From Terriglobia bacterium (GTDB lineage: Bacteria; Acidobacteriota; Terriglobia; JAJPHL01; JAPKYU01), in contig CBDBKE010000004.1 in assembly GCA_965206645.1 (NCBI GenBank), positions 1,120,001 to 1,184,000 of the forward strand: a DNA stretch of 64,000 nucleotides, read 5' to 3'. A program made the position numbers and the translations under genes. Positions within the stretch are counted from its first letter, which is position 1, and every line of letters begins with the position of its first letter. Below the pieces are notes generated by a model. The model was not told the DNA's origin. It searched no databases and saw only the letters and a list, made by a program, of their open reading frames with translations. Of this stretch, positions 23,754 through 34,358 are shown in pieces.

Positions 23754-25403
23754 CCCGGATTTCCTTTTTGAAAACGCAGCGGCAACCTTCAGCTAACCTC
23801 CAACGTCAATGTTGATACTGGTTGCAGCATCAATCGGAGCGTTCGGAGGCGTAAACCCAATGGGTGAGAGCGAAAAACAGGGATTTCAGCTGTCGTTCAA
23901 CCGATTTCTGCGAGTCGGGTTTCAGAGATCACGGGTGACTTCCAATGGTGGACTGATTCTGGTCCGGGAGTTGGATGAGCGTCTGGGATTCAGCGAACTC
24001 ATTGACGAGCACCTGACCGATTCGCGGGCAAACAATGCTCGGTTTTCTTTCGCGGACTTGCTGCGGCAGTCGGTCTACAGTCGCCTAGCTGGATACGAGG
24101 ATGTAAATGATGCCGAGCGGCTGTCGCAAGACCCGACCTTTCAGCTGATTGGTTCAGAGAAGACTTGGGAACGAGGCGCGGCGCTGACCTCCAGGTTGCA
24201 AACTTTCGAGACGGAGATGCTGGCGAAGGTGGAGAACTTCGTCGGGTTAGCCCGGATCAACCGGGAACTGATCGGAAAGGTCGAAGCCTTCCAGTGGCAC
24301 TACCGAGCGGTGCTGGATATGGACTTAACCGAGATTCCGGTCTACGGGGAGCAGGAACAGAGCGCCTACAACGGACACTTCGAGTCCACTTGCTATCACC
24401 CGCTGCTTTTGTTCAATCGAGACGGCGACTGTCTGGCAGCCCAGCTCCGTCCGGGCAACGTGCACAGCGCCAAGGACTGGAACGAGTTGCTGCTGCCCGA
24501 GATTGAGCGCCAGCAAAGAATGGGAAAAGAGATTGCGTTTCGGGCGGACGCGGCCTTTGCCAAGCCGGAGGTGTACGAGGCATTGGAGGAACGGGGTGTG
24601 AAGTACGCAATTCGCATCCCGGCCAACGATATTCTGCAGCGAGACATCGAAGAGCTACTGAAACGCCCCGTGGGAAGGCCCACCAAGAAACCGCTGGTCG
24701 AGTACAAGGGGTTCTTGTACCAGGCAGCCGGTTGGAAGACGGCTCGAAGGGTGGTGGCGAAAGTAGAGCATCATTCCGGGGAGTTGTTCCCGCGAGTGGG
24801 GTTCATTGTAACGAATCTGACGCTGCCGAATCGGGCGGTGGTGCGGTTCTATAACAAGCGCGGCACCGCAGAACAGTGGATCAAGGAAGGCAAGCAGGCG
24901 GTGAAGATGACGCGGCTCAGTTGCCACAAGTTCCGATCTAACGAGGTACGGCTTTGGCTGACGATCATCGCCTACAACCTGGGCAACCTATGGCGACGGC
25001 TAGTGCTGCCACAGAGAATCGAGAAGTGGTCCTTGACGAGCCTCCAGCAGCGGCTGGTGAAAACCGGAGGACGGCTCCTAAAACACGCACGGTACTACTG
25101 GCTCCTGCTGGCCGAGGGCCATTTGACCCGACGGCTGTTTGCCAGCATGCTGGGGCGGATCGATGGATTGGCACTCCCGTCGGGATAGCCTGGGCTACGG
25201 CACACAAGAAAACGATGCCGCTACCCCCCAGGTATGGAAGCGTGTCTGAAAAAGCTGGTTCTGGAAGCCGCGACGACGGGCTTTCAGGACCCGGCGAGGA
25301 CCGCTCGGAGCCCCCAGAGTGAAGAACTGTGCTGGAAAGGCTCAGTTGAAGGCCAATGGTTGTATACTCACGAGTGCCGGAGGACCAAAACACTAATTCC
25401 CGG
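23754..25403 (+). mobile_element. IS1380-family element, copy 2 (mosaic; transposase ~23860-25188)
   Basis: Same left IR preceded by TTAAG; 3' half near-identical to copy 1, 5' part and right tail diverged. Confidence 0.92.
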
Positions 25404-25435
25404 TCAGTACTCACACTTATTGCTAGGAGGGAGAC

Positions 25436-25909
25436 ATGAACAACTGTCGATTAGCGTGGCGAGGAATCATGTTGATGGGATTAGCGCTGCTGCTCTTCCC
25501 GGCAAGGGCCGTTCCTGACCAGCCGCGTGAGTTACTCCAGCGAATCGGAGAACAAGAGGAGTGCTACCTCATTCAGATTGCTCTGGGTCAGCTCGGCTAT
25601 TTGGGTGCCAAAGCGGAGAAGGTCAGTACTGAAGCAGGGAAGTTCTTCAAAGTCGAGTTCGGCCCGTTGTACCGTGTGCAAACGATCTCTGTGACCGGAA
25701 TCGAGCGCCTGCCTGTGGACGAGTTGCTGAAGGAAGCACCGAAGCCTGGAGACGTGTATTCGCCAATGCTCATGAACTCCTGGCTAGCTTTCGTCGAGAA
25801 GAGATACGCTGAGCGAGGACTATCCATCAGGACCGTGAGCACGCTAAGGAGCTACGACCACGTTAAGCACCTTGTCAACGAAATAGTGGAGTTTAGAGAA
25901 GGCATCTGA
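25436..25909 (+). CDS. Hypothetical exported protein (possibly POTRA-like)
   Basis: GGAGG RBS, signal peptide, GPLYRVQTISVTG. Confidence 0.6.
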   Translation: MNNCRLAWRGIMLMGLALLLFPARAVPDQPRELLQRIGEQEECYLIQIALGQLGYLGAKAEKVSTEAGKFFKVEFGPLYRVQTISVTGIERLPVDELLKEAPKPGDVYSPMLMNSWLAFVEKRYAERGLSIRTVSTLRSYDHVKHLVNEIVEFREGI

Positions 25910-26164
25910 GGCGGGGACGCACGATGCCGACCGACGTGGCTTCGTATAACTCCGAGCCTGTTTGCAAGACGAAGCAAGGGCAATTTAGCTTCTTGGTATT
26001 GAGCGCAGGGAGTGTACTCTCCGCCGAAGGGCCCGAGGAGTGGAATGCGAGCACATTTGTGGACAAAAGGGTTCTGCGGGCTAATACCTAGTGCTTTCTT
26101 GCCAGGAGGGTGTGCCCGGACCGATTTTTTGTACCAGTCGTTGTGATGTAAACTCTCTCACAAC

Positions 26165-26283
26165 GGCATTGTCAAGTTGACGAAAAGCTCGTCGATCGAC
26201 CCCCAAAATATTGGGCTCCAGCCCGTCTCGAACCCACCATGCTGAGCATCAAAAACAGCCGTCAGCCTCAACTTGACAATACC
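26165..26283 (+). mobile_element. MITE-B copy 1 (119 bp, IS6-type IRs), adjoining an IS3 right-end remnant (26113-26164)
   Basis: GGCATTGTCAAGTTG...CAACTTGACAATACC; inverted homologue at 62956. Confidence 0.85.
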
Positions 26284-26529
26284 ATTCCAAGAGACGGCGC
26301 TGCGCCGGCAGGATCGAGGGCGGCGAGGGGTGCAAGATTAGCACCCCCTTGGCCGTGGCGTAGTTCAATGCGGGCCAACTGATCTTGATCTTTTTCAACG
26401 ACTGGGCCGTAGTTCGATCCGGCCGTGCCTGGCTTCCGGCGGTGAATTGATTGTGTTCAGGAGAAGAGAGGGCTACCCTGTTACGGGCAGAAGCCCAAAC
26501 TGGGAATTCAGGATGAATGACTGCAACTT

Positions 26530-26766
26530 ATGATTCTGATCAATATCATCGATCTCTACTCGTTGATCGTTTTAGGCGCGGTCATACTCTCGTGGGTCCA
26601 CCTCCCATCTGGCAACCCGGTTGTCCAGTTTGTTAACAGGCTTACCGAACCGCTGTTACAGCCGATTCGGCGCGCGCTCCCGGCCATGGGTGGACTGGAT
26701 TTCTCGCCGGTGGTTCTTCTGGTTGGACTACAAATAGTGAAAAGGTTTCTTAGCTCTGCCCTGTAG
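26530..26766 (+). CDS. YggT-family membrane protein
   Basis: ILSWV...NPVVQFVNRLTEPLLQPIRRALP..GGLDFSP. Confidence 0.9.
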   Translation: MILINIIDLYSLIVLGAVILSWVHLPSGNPVVQFVNRLTEPLLQPIRRALPAMGGLDFSPVVLLVGLQIVKRFLSSAL

Positions 26767-26844
26767 TGTTTCACGTCCGTATGGGGACTTCCCTTTCCTT
26801 CACCCCGGCCACGACCCACTGATTCCCGGTTGAACGATCGGGGC

Positions 26845-27675
26845 GGTTGTGTTGCAACTTTGGCCGACGGCGACTGGTAACCTGAAGAGATCATGAAAAA
26901 GACAATCCGACCGGTGATCTTCAAGTGGCGACAAACCGAGCCCGAGCTGATTCTTTGCGCTGTGCGCTGGTACCTACGGTACTCACTCTCGTTCCGCGAT
27001 GTCGAAGAGCTGCTCGGCGAGCGCGGCCTGAAGACAGACTACACGACAATCTGGCGCTGGGTCCAGCGCTACGGTCCCGAACTGGAGGAGCGGCTACGCC
27101 GTCATCTCAAGCCAACCAATAAGTCCTGGCGTGTCGATGAGACCTACATTCGTGTCAAGGGTCGCTGGTGTTACCTCTACCGAGCCATCGATTCCACCGG
27201 TGCCACGATCGACTTCGTGCTCTCGGGGTTGCGCGATGCCGCTACGGCCAAACGCCTGTTTCGCAAGGCGCTGACGGATCCGTCGCATCCGCAGCCCCGC
27301 GTCATCAACACCGACCAGGCACGCCTTTATGGCGCTACGATTTCAGGACTGAAGCAGGAAGGAATCTTGCGACGCCGTTGCCGCCACCGGCCTGTCCAAT
27401 ACTTGAACAACATCCTGGAGCAGGATCATCGAGCGATCGAACGACGCGTAAAGGCGAAGCAGGGTTTTCGTGAATTCCACGCGGCGCGGCGAACGATTCA
27501 GGGATACGAGGCCATACACATGATCCGGAAGGGACAGGCGAGACGGGTGAACGGTTCAGATGTTCGGCAACAGATTCAGTTCATCAACAAGCTGTTCGAA
27601 GTGGCTGCATAAGATGGGGCCCGGTCGACCCAACCAGTCGCTCTCTTGCTGATTTTTGAAAGTTGCAACACATCC
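26845..27675 (+). mobile_element. IS6-family element with intact transposase (26893-27612)
   Basis: IRs GGTTGTGTTGCAACTTT / AAAGTTGCAACACATCC; WRVDETYI and LNNILEQDHR motifs. Confidence 0.95.
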
Positions 27676-28026
27676 CTCTTTCTTCATGGCCGACAAGAGA
27701 CGTCCAGCATAAGATATATCAAGGCTCAAGGGTGGCACGCTCGGCAGTGCTAATTGTCAGCCGCTCTATCGATGGACGTAGTTGCTCAAAGGAGCGGTTA
27801 CGCGACGATCCGGCCCAGACGGGTTTTCAAGGACTTCGTCGTTGCGAAACGGTGTCGCAGTATTGATTCGTTTGGCGATACCTTTGTGCAGCGCTAATCG
27901 GTTCCGCACACGTCTCCGCAAATGACCAGGACACCGCGGCTCAGGCGGCGCTGAAAGCGACTCGGTGAGAACGCCGCTTTCGCGAGAAAGCTTTCCGGCC
28001 CCGATGACGCCTGCGTCAGAGCGACT

Positions 28027-28344
28027 TCAGTCTCTCGCTACCGCGAACAGACTCTTAACCGCTACGACCAAGACCGCGCCCCCCAGGAAGAGCACGAGAT
28101 TTGCGATGATCCGGGTCGTCCCCTCCCCGACGTAGGGGATCGCTCCGACGGCGTTGGCCGCTACGATCAGCGCTATCGCCGCTAAGAGGAAGGTCTGACT
28201 CTCCTTGTTGCTGATATTCAAGAATCCGACGATCAGGCCGAGCACTGCTAGCGCCCAGCCAAACCAGGTCTGTTCAAAGCCCAAGCCTCCGGCCACAGCA
28301 ATCACTAGTCCAACCACAAAAGAGACCTTGCCCACTAGCGCCAT
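28027..28344 (-). CDS. Small four-TM hypothetical membrane protein
   Basis: AGGAGG RBS before ATG at 28344; four hydrophobic segments. Confidence 0.7.
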   Translation of the reverse strand: MALVGKVSFVVGLVIAVAGGLGFEQTWFGWALAVLGLIVGFLNISNKESQTFLLAAIALIVAANAVGAIPYVGEGTTRIIANLVLFLGGAVLVVAVKSLFAVARD

Positions 28345-28507
28345 TGTTCCTCCTTGTCTAAGTAACGGGATTGCAGACATATGGGATATTATCACAGCTG
28401 GTCGAAACCGGAAAACAAAGCCCCAGACGGCGTGGCCGATGACGTCCGCGACGGCACCTACCAGGGCTACTGATGCCGGTCTCACGCCGGCGTTAGCGCC
28501 TTCCCGC

Positions 28508-29570
28508 GGCGTTGTTGCAGAAATCTGACTCCATCCCCAACGCTCTCCCTCCTGATAGGCTAGGGGATGGGCAAAAGCGACTACACCTTCCGATATAAGG
28601 TTCGCAACTGGCCGGAGTACAACCGGGCTCTGGTGAAACGTGGGCAGCTGACACTGTGGTTCGACACGGAGGCAGTCGCTGCCTGGCGTCATCCAGGACC
28701 CTTCGAAGGGCGAGGCCGGCCCAAGGTCTACGCAGATGCGGCGATCCAATGTGCGCTGGTCCTGAATTCGGTGTTTCACCTCAACCTACGGACCACTCAA
28801 GGGTTCCTTCAATCCATCGTGGCGCTCATGGCTCTCGACCTCCCAGTGCCCAACTACAGCACGGTGAGCCGAAGGCAAAGCGCCGTCGACGTTCGACTGA
28901 GTGTAGGGCCCACGGATCGACCACGACATGTCGTCATCGATTCGACGGGCCTGAAGATCTACGGAGCCGGTGAGTGGCACATCAGAAAACACCGAACCCT
29001 CCGCCGTAGGACATGGCGAAAGCTCCACCTAGGCGTCGATGAGACGACGAAAGAGATCGTTGCGATGGACCTGACTGCGAGCAACGTCCACGACGCCCGA
29101 AGGCTCTCTTCGTTGCTGTCTAAGACTCCTGGTTCGATCGGGCAAGTCTCCGCAGACCGGGCCTACGACACGGGTTCCTGCTACGAGGCCGTGCTCCAGC
29201 ACGACGCTATCGTGACGATCTTGCCGCGACGCAATGCACGATGCAGCCGAGACTCTCATCCGCCTCCGTGGCGTGCGATGCGTGATACCCATCTCCGGCG
29301 TATTAGGACGCAGGGCCGTTATGAGTGGCGGAAGTCGAGTGGCTGCACTCGCCAGAGCGTGGCGGAGAATGCGGTCTCACGGTACAAGGCGATACTCGGG
29401 GGTAAGCCTCTCGGCCCGCACGGTCAAGAACCAAAAAGTCGAAGCCGCGATCAAGTGCGCTGTGCTGAACCGGATGGCGGAGCTTGGAATGCCACGATCG
29501 GAGCGCGTGTACTGAGGCGGATGAGCTTCTCCGCCCGGTTCACCGCGAGCGCGAATTACGCAACAACGCC
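28508..29570 (+). mobile_element. IS5-family (IS903-like) copy 1, frameshifted near 29400
   Basis: IRs GGCGTTGTTGC; NWPEYNRALVKRG, IDSTGLK, SADRAYD; extra G relative to copy 2. Confidence 0.93.
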
Positions 29571-29930
29571 CAACGCTGCCGAGGGTGCACAGGTCTATAC
29601 AGACCAGCATCGCTCATATGACGGATTGCCAAACCATCAGGAGGTGTGCCATAGTGTCGGCGAATTTGTGAGGGGGCAAGCTCACACAAACGGCGTAGAG
29701 AGTTTCTGGGCAGTGTTGAAACGGGGATACTACGGGACGTTTCACAAGATGAGCCCGAAGCATCTTAATCGGTACGTTCGGGAATTCGCCGGACGGCACA
29801 ACATCCGCGGCCTTGACACTATCGACCAAATGGCCCACATCGCTCGCGGGTTGGATCAGAAGCGTTTGCGGTACGCAGACTTGGCAAGGTAGACTCCATG
29901 CGGCTCGCAAATGCAGGAGACTTATTTCCC

Positions 29931-30170
29931 ATGCAAACGCTAGACACGCAACTCGCTTATTTCAAAAAACATCAGATGGAACTTGCGGAGGAGCACTATG
30001 GCAAATTCGTGTTGATACACGATGAGTCGATAGTGAGCTTCTATGAATTAGAATTGGATGCCTATGCCGCTGCCAAGCGTAACTACGACGGAGGCACATT
30101 TCTAATCCGGCGGTGTCTCAAGCCTGAAGAAGAAACGGCCCAAGTATTCCATTCTCGGGTAGCAATATAG
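29931..30170 (+). CDS. Small DUF5678-like protein
   Basis: YFKKH..EL.EEHYGKFVLIHD..IV..Y....DAY; directly upstream of the protease. Confidence 0.6.
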   Translation: MQTLDTQLAYFKKHQMELAEEHYGKFVLIHDESIVSFYELELDAYAAAKRNYDGGTFLIRRCLKPEEETAQVFHSRVAI

Positions 30171-30182
30171 CGGAGCCCATCT

Positions 30183-30725
30183 TTGCCGCAAAACATCCGT
30201 CGGTCGGCGTTCACAACAAAATTTAACACCAAGTCTAACATTCTCATCTCGGATGTCGGAATTAGTGAGGCCGAGCACCCTACCTCAGAAAATCCCCAAC
30301 CATCAGTCATCAAGTTCAATGCCATTTGGGATACGGGAGCTTCTGGATCAGTAATAAATCAGCAAGTAATTTCGGCACTGGGGCTTCAGCCAATAGACAA
30401 GAAGGAAGTCAACACGGCGAACGGCAAGCGAAATGCCAGCGTGTATTTGGTGGACATCTACCTCCCAAACAAAGTGGTATTTCCAGCAGTACGCGTCACT
30501 GATGGCGACATATTAGGCTCTTCCGTTCTGATCGGAATGGATATAATCGGGAGCGGCGATTTTGCTGTTACGCATTCAGACGGCAAGACCTGCATGAGTT
30601 TTCAAATTCCTCCCAATGCAGAGATCGACTTCGTCGAAGAGATCAATAAGACGATAGAATATCCAAAGAACAAGTCGAGGGGAAATCGCCAAAGGATGCC
30701 GTGGGACAGTAAGCGGCGCCACTAA
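30183..30725 (+). CDS. Retropepsin-like aspartyl protease
   Basis: AIWDTGASGSVI and VLIGMDII motifs. Confidence 0.88.
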   Translation: MPQNIRRSAFTTKFNTKSNILISDVGISEAEHPTSENPQPSVIKFNAIWDTGASGSVINQQVISALGLQPIDKKEVNTANGKRNASVYLVDIYLPNKVVFPAVRVTDGDILGSSVLIGMDIIGSGDFAVTHSDGKTCMSFQIPPNAEIDFVEEINKTIEYPKNKSRGNRQRMPWDSKRRH

Positions 30726-30771
30726 GGTCTCTGTGGGGGGCCGGCCCCAATGCCGAGACTTGGAACAGACC

Positions 30772-30918
30772 ATGAGCAAACCTAACCCCAAGCGAGGCCG
30801 CCCAATCACGCGCCGGGTCGAGATTCACGCGACCGCAGAGCAGATTGCGAAGGCGCTTTTCAGGAATGCCAAACCTCCTGATCCCGGCAAGCGAATCATC
30901 AAGAAGCCCAGGGACTAA
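30772..30918 (+). CDS. Small basic hypothetical protein
   Basis: MSKPNPKRGRP...AEQIAKALF, ending just before the element end. Confidence 0.45.
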   Translation: MSKPNPKRGRPITRRVEIHATAEQIAKALFRNAKPPDPGKRIIKKPRD

Positions 30919-30951
30919 TCGCGTCCTTGGCTAGTAAAATGGATAATTCCC

Positions 30952-31257
30952 GTAAATTTCCTTGTCTACCGAAAAGGATAGGCCAAGCGGAACCTGTGGG
31001 GCCATGGCCTCGCACACACGAGAGACAAACTTTTCCTTTTCGCCCCGCCTCCAGCCCTTAAAGTCGCGGTCCGTATTGTGAAGGTCTCTCGCGTGCAGGA
31101 CCTCAACACCAAATTCCTTGAATACCGGCTCGACGTTCCTTTCAAAGAGTGACCATGCTGCATCCCTAGCCACGTATCCGGCCAAGGTCGTAATGGGGTT
31201 CTTAGGATCTTTCCCACTGTCGTCGAGGTAACAAACAAACACGTCTAATTTCTCCAA
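30952..31257 (-). pseudogene. DUF3800-like protein fragment
   Basis: YLDDSG...TLAGY...LHARD; truncated at 30951. Confidence 0.65.
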
Positions 31258-31509
31258 GCTCGCATACTAACTCAATCAGCTGCGCTGGAGTGGGATTGTC
31301 GGATACTACCCCGAACGCCCGTCGCGTCATCAAGCTGCTGATGCAGCTCCTCCGGTTCGCTTTAGCCCTTCGAGTGTGACTCGTCGAGCGCCAGCGGTGA
31401 GGTTGATTTCCTATGGCTGGAAGCTCGCTTTTCCGGCCCCCTCTTATCCCTACCGGGAAGACCCTAAGAAAAAGGGCCGCCAGGCCGGGCCGCCTCGGTC
31501 CGGGTTTCC

Positions 31510-32397
31510 TCAGATGGTGGGTAGCGTTTCGATGTTCACGATCCAGCGAGAGGGAATAGCTTCACAGAATCCCATACCACAGTCGAGTTGGAGGGTTCCA
31601 CAGTCGAACTCCGGGTGTGCCAGGGTGTAGCTCCAAGCCTTGAGGAAGTCTTCGACAAGGTTGGGCAGTTGGCCTCTTTCAAGCCGGGCAGCGATGGAAA
31701 GGTACCGATTGGCTCTATTCAACGCGACGGGTCCGGGTACGGCGACCTGGATGATCCTTGCTTTGCCATCCTCTCTAAGGAGTTCCGTTCCTTCGTCACC
31801 GAGAAGCGCGTATGCCACGTGTTGGTCGAATTCGGACCCATGAGCCAGGTAGTGATTGAAGCCGTGGAGCAGTCCGCAACGGGAGAGCGTCAGAGAAACT
31901 TGCCCCTCTCGGTGCCCGGCTCTGTTGCCCTCTCCATACTTGAGCAAGGCCGCATTGAGCGCCTCTTCGTTCCATCGCGGATGGCATGAAAGCGCTCTGA
32001 CAAGGCGCTCTCGCCGAGCTGGTGCTTCTAAAGGCAGCAGGCCGAGGGATCGAATCGAATCAACCTCCAAATCGATCAAGCGAGATCCGTGATAACCCGC
32101 GACCGTCGTCGTTCGAACCCACTCAAGCGTTGCTTTGATGATCTTCTCCCGGTTCGTGCAGGAAAAAAGCAGATCAAGCGCGTCTTCGACAAACTCGGGC
32201 TTTTCCGCGAGAAGTTTCTCCCGGGCCGCATTCGGCAAGAGAGACCCAACTGCTTTCGTGAGGAGCGGACCCCAGATGCAGTTGTTGTCGAAATCCACCA
32301 TGAAGATCTCTCTCCGCGCTGTGGCTTGTCCTTTCTCATCCCTGGCGGATGACATTAATAGCTTATATGTCCAAACGCGACGGCCATGTTCGATCAT
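31510..32397 (-). CDS. Hypothetical protein, possible ADP-ribosyltransferase-like fold (start may be ~32301)
   Basis: Long ORF; GYHGSR...IRSLGLLP...IPSRWI pattern. Confidence 0.6.
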   Translation of the reverse strand: MIEHGRRVWTYKLLMSSARDEKGQATARREIFMVDFDNNCIWGPLLTKAVGSLLPNAAREKLLAEKPEFVEDALDLLFSCTNREKIIKATLEWVRTTTVAGYHGSRLIDLEVDSIRSLGLLPLEAPARRERLVRALSCHPRWNEEALNAALLKYGEGNRAGHREGQVSLTLSRCGLLHGFNHYLAHGSEFDQHVAYALLGDEGTELLREDGKARIIQVAVPGPVALNRANRYLSIAARLERGQLPNLVEDFLKAWSYTLAHPEFDCGTLQLDCGMGFCEAIPSRWIVNIETLPTI

Positions 32398-32470
32398 TGG
32401 ATCGTTTCGCAGTACTATGGAACCTGCCAGATGTGGGAATAAACCATGTCAAGCTAAACGTATAATTCCC

Positions 32471-32868
32471 AAAACAAAGGCCAAGAAGACGGTTGTGGTT
32501 CAACGGCGGTTCCTGCGTGCGGCTGCGGCCGGAGCGGCCCAACCACGTGTGGAGTTACGACTTTGTCAGCGGCAGAACCGAGGGGGGGAGAAAGCTGCGC
32601 ATCCTGACGCTGATTGATGAATATACGCGGGAATGTCTGGCGCTGCCGGTAGAGCGGCGAATGGGGAGCCGGCAGGTGATTCAGACCTTGTCGGAGGTGA
32701 TGCTGTGGCGAGGGATACCGGAACACATTCGTTCCGATCATAGCCCGGAGTTCCTCGCCCAGGAACTGCGCCAGTGGCTGGGGAATCTGGGGACGGAAAC
32801 CCTGTACATCGAGCCAGGCAGTCCCTGGGAGAACGGATACTGCGAAAGTTTCAATGGGAAGCTGCGGG
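32471..32868 (+). pseudogene. IS3-family orfB internal fragment (diverged from the 1250-bp element)
   Basis: RPERPNHVWSYDF...NGYCESFNGKLR. Confidence 0.85.
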
Positions 32869-33320
32869 CAGGATGACCCTCGCCGATGCGCGTGTTGCCC
32901 TGGCGAGGCTTCCTGCTGAAATGAAGCTTGTGGCCCCATACCGTTCACTTTGGCAAGAATACATCCTGCAATTTCCTTCGCACTGCGGTCCATTCGCCGG
33001 GGGATAACGGTCCGGTTTCAGGTGCCCCGTCCCGGCTGCTATTCCCCAAGCAGGCTTGCCGCCTACGACCGGAGAACGGGTGTGAGGTTGCGCCATTTGC
33101 CGCTGGCCTTTGCTGGTTCCGCTTTGTTCCGACGCAAGGCTCGCGCCAGAACGGTCCCCTCGCCTGGCAGGCGTCTGTTACTCCCTCTTGCCCTTGTCGG
33201 CCCTGCCCGTCACTGGCTTCGTCGGCGCTGTTCCTCCCGTGTCAGGGTTTGGCCGTTTCCGCCATTCGGGGGTGAGCGGAAACGCTCGCAAACCCTTAAA
33301 CTTTCAGGAGGAAACACATC

Positions 33321-33569
33321 ATGGCTAACCCCAAACCCATCTCTGAAGTCCGCATCGGTCGCGTCAAGGCTGCGATTTGGCCGAACGGAACCGACGGCCG
33401 CACGCGGCACAATGTCACCTTCTCCCGTCTCTACAAGGACGGCGATGAATGGAAGAGCACGCAGAGCTTCAGTCGCAACGACCTGTTGCTGCTTGCCAAA
33501 GTGGCCGATCAGGCCCACTCGCGCATCTTCGAGCTTCAGCAGGAAGAAGAGCCTCAGGCAGAATCCTAG
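33321..33569 (+). CDS. Conserved 82-aa hypothetical protein (possibly nucleic-acid binding)
   Basis: AGGAGG RBS; near-identical copy at 49498-49746. Confidence 0.85.
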   Translation: MANPKPISEVRIGRVKAAIWPNGTDGRTRHNVTFSRLYKDGDEWKSTQSFSRNDLLLLAKVADQAHSRIFELQQEEEPQAES

Positions 33570-33586
33570 TGCGACGCGCATCAGAG

Positions 33587-33609
33587 AGCGGCGGGGCAAT
33601 CCCCGCCGC
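33587..33609 (+). terminator. GC hairpin after the 82-aa gene
   Basis: GCGGCGGGG-CAAT-CCCCGCCGC, also present in copy B; no clear U-tract. Confidence 0.5.
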
Positions 33610-33626
33610 GATCCGATCCTTTCGAC

Positions 33627-33757
33627 GGTACTGTCAAGTTGAGCAGAATCCGCCCGTTTTGCGGAAGGATTCTGCTGGATAATAGACTTAGAATAAATGA
33701 CTTAGCGGTGGCGGCGGGCGGCGAGAATGCCGCCAAACTGCTTAACTTGACAGTACC
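33627..33757 (+). mobile_element. MITE-A copy 3
   Basis: Same 131-bp element. Confidence 0.93.
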
Positions 33758-33923
33758 TGCGGTCGGGCTGGCCGAAGGCAAGAGCGTTCGGGAGATGGCC
33801 GAGGCCACGGGGCGCACCCCAGGCGCCATCACCTGGCACCTGAAGCAGATCTACCGGAGACAGTCGATCTCCGGGCAGGTGGATCTGTTGCGGCTGGTGC
33901 TGTCACTCACCGAGTTCGAGTAA
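33758..33923 (+). pseudogene. LuxR-type HTH C-terminal fragment
   Basis: LAEGKSVREMA...TWHLKQIY...QVDLLRLV. Confidence 0.75.
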
Positions 33924-34358
33924 ACCGCCACGCGGTGGCGTCCTCTGGGCGGCCCGGTTCTCGGCCGCTTTCCGCCTTTTTCCTTCCGAATTCTCCCGAT
34001 CGGGTAGCGACTGGGCGGCGCGAAAGTGCATGTAGTACACGGCTGGTCTCTCACGACTGCCCGGGACGGTCTGGCGCAGCTGGCGGTCGCGCGCTTCGCG
34101 CAACGGGCGTGGCGTCACGATGGCTCTTGAGGCGTGTGAGGCGTGGCGGAGGAGCGAATCGTGACACCTCGTGCACCCATCCACGCCCGCCGTCTGGTTT
34201 TTTCCTGATGTGTGCGGCGGCGAGGGCGGTGACCCGGTCGGAACGGCGCGGAGGGCGAAAAAATTATGGACTGCTCGAATATTCGTTCGAGCAGTGGCGG
34301 ACAGCATCACGGGGCGGCTGCAAAGCGCCTCGTCGGCCAGCGCCTTGGAGTAGACGTA

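Larger units (their letters stand above)
29571..30951 (+). mobile_element. IS1595-family 3' part (transposase tail 29571-29892) with passenger genes
   Basis: VYTD...HTNGVESFWAVLKRG..G.FHKMSPKHL.RY..EF motif; candidate end ...GGATAATTCCC at 30951, where the neighbouring gene is truncated. Confidence 0.7.
32868..33626 (+). repeat. Duplicated module, copy A: long non-coding leader, 82-aa gene and terminator
   Basis: Homologous to ~49043-49803. Confidence 0.88.

Noticed and set aside
28567-29892. 441-aa apparent novel transposase fusion
   Set aside because: A +1 frameshift in an IS5 copy reads through its IR into an IS1595 remnant.
32950-33642. Long ORFs over the duplicated leader (230 aa and 278 aa)
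   Set aside because: Their starts differ between copies, copy A has an upstream stop in that frame, and they overlap the RBS-supported 82-aa gene.
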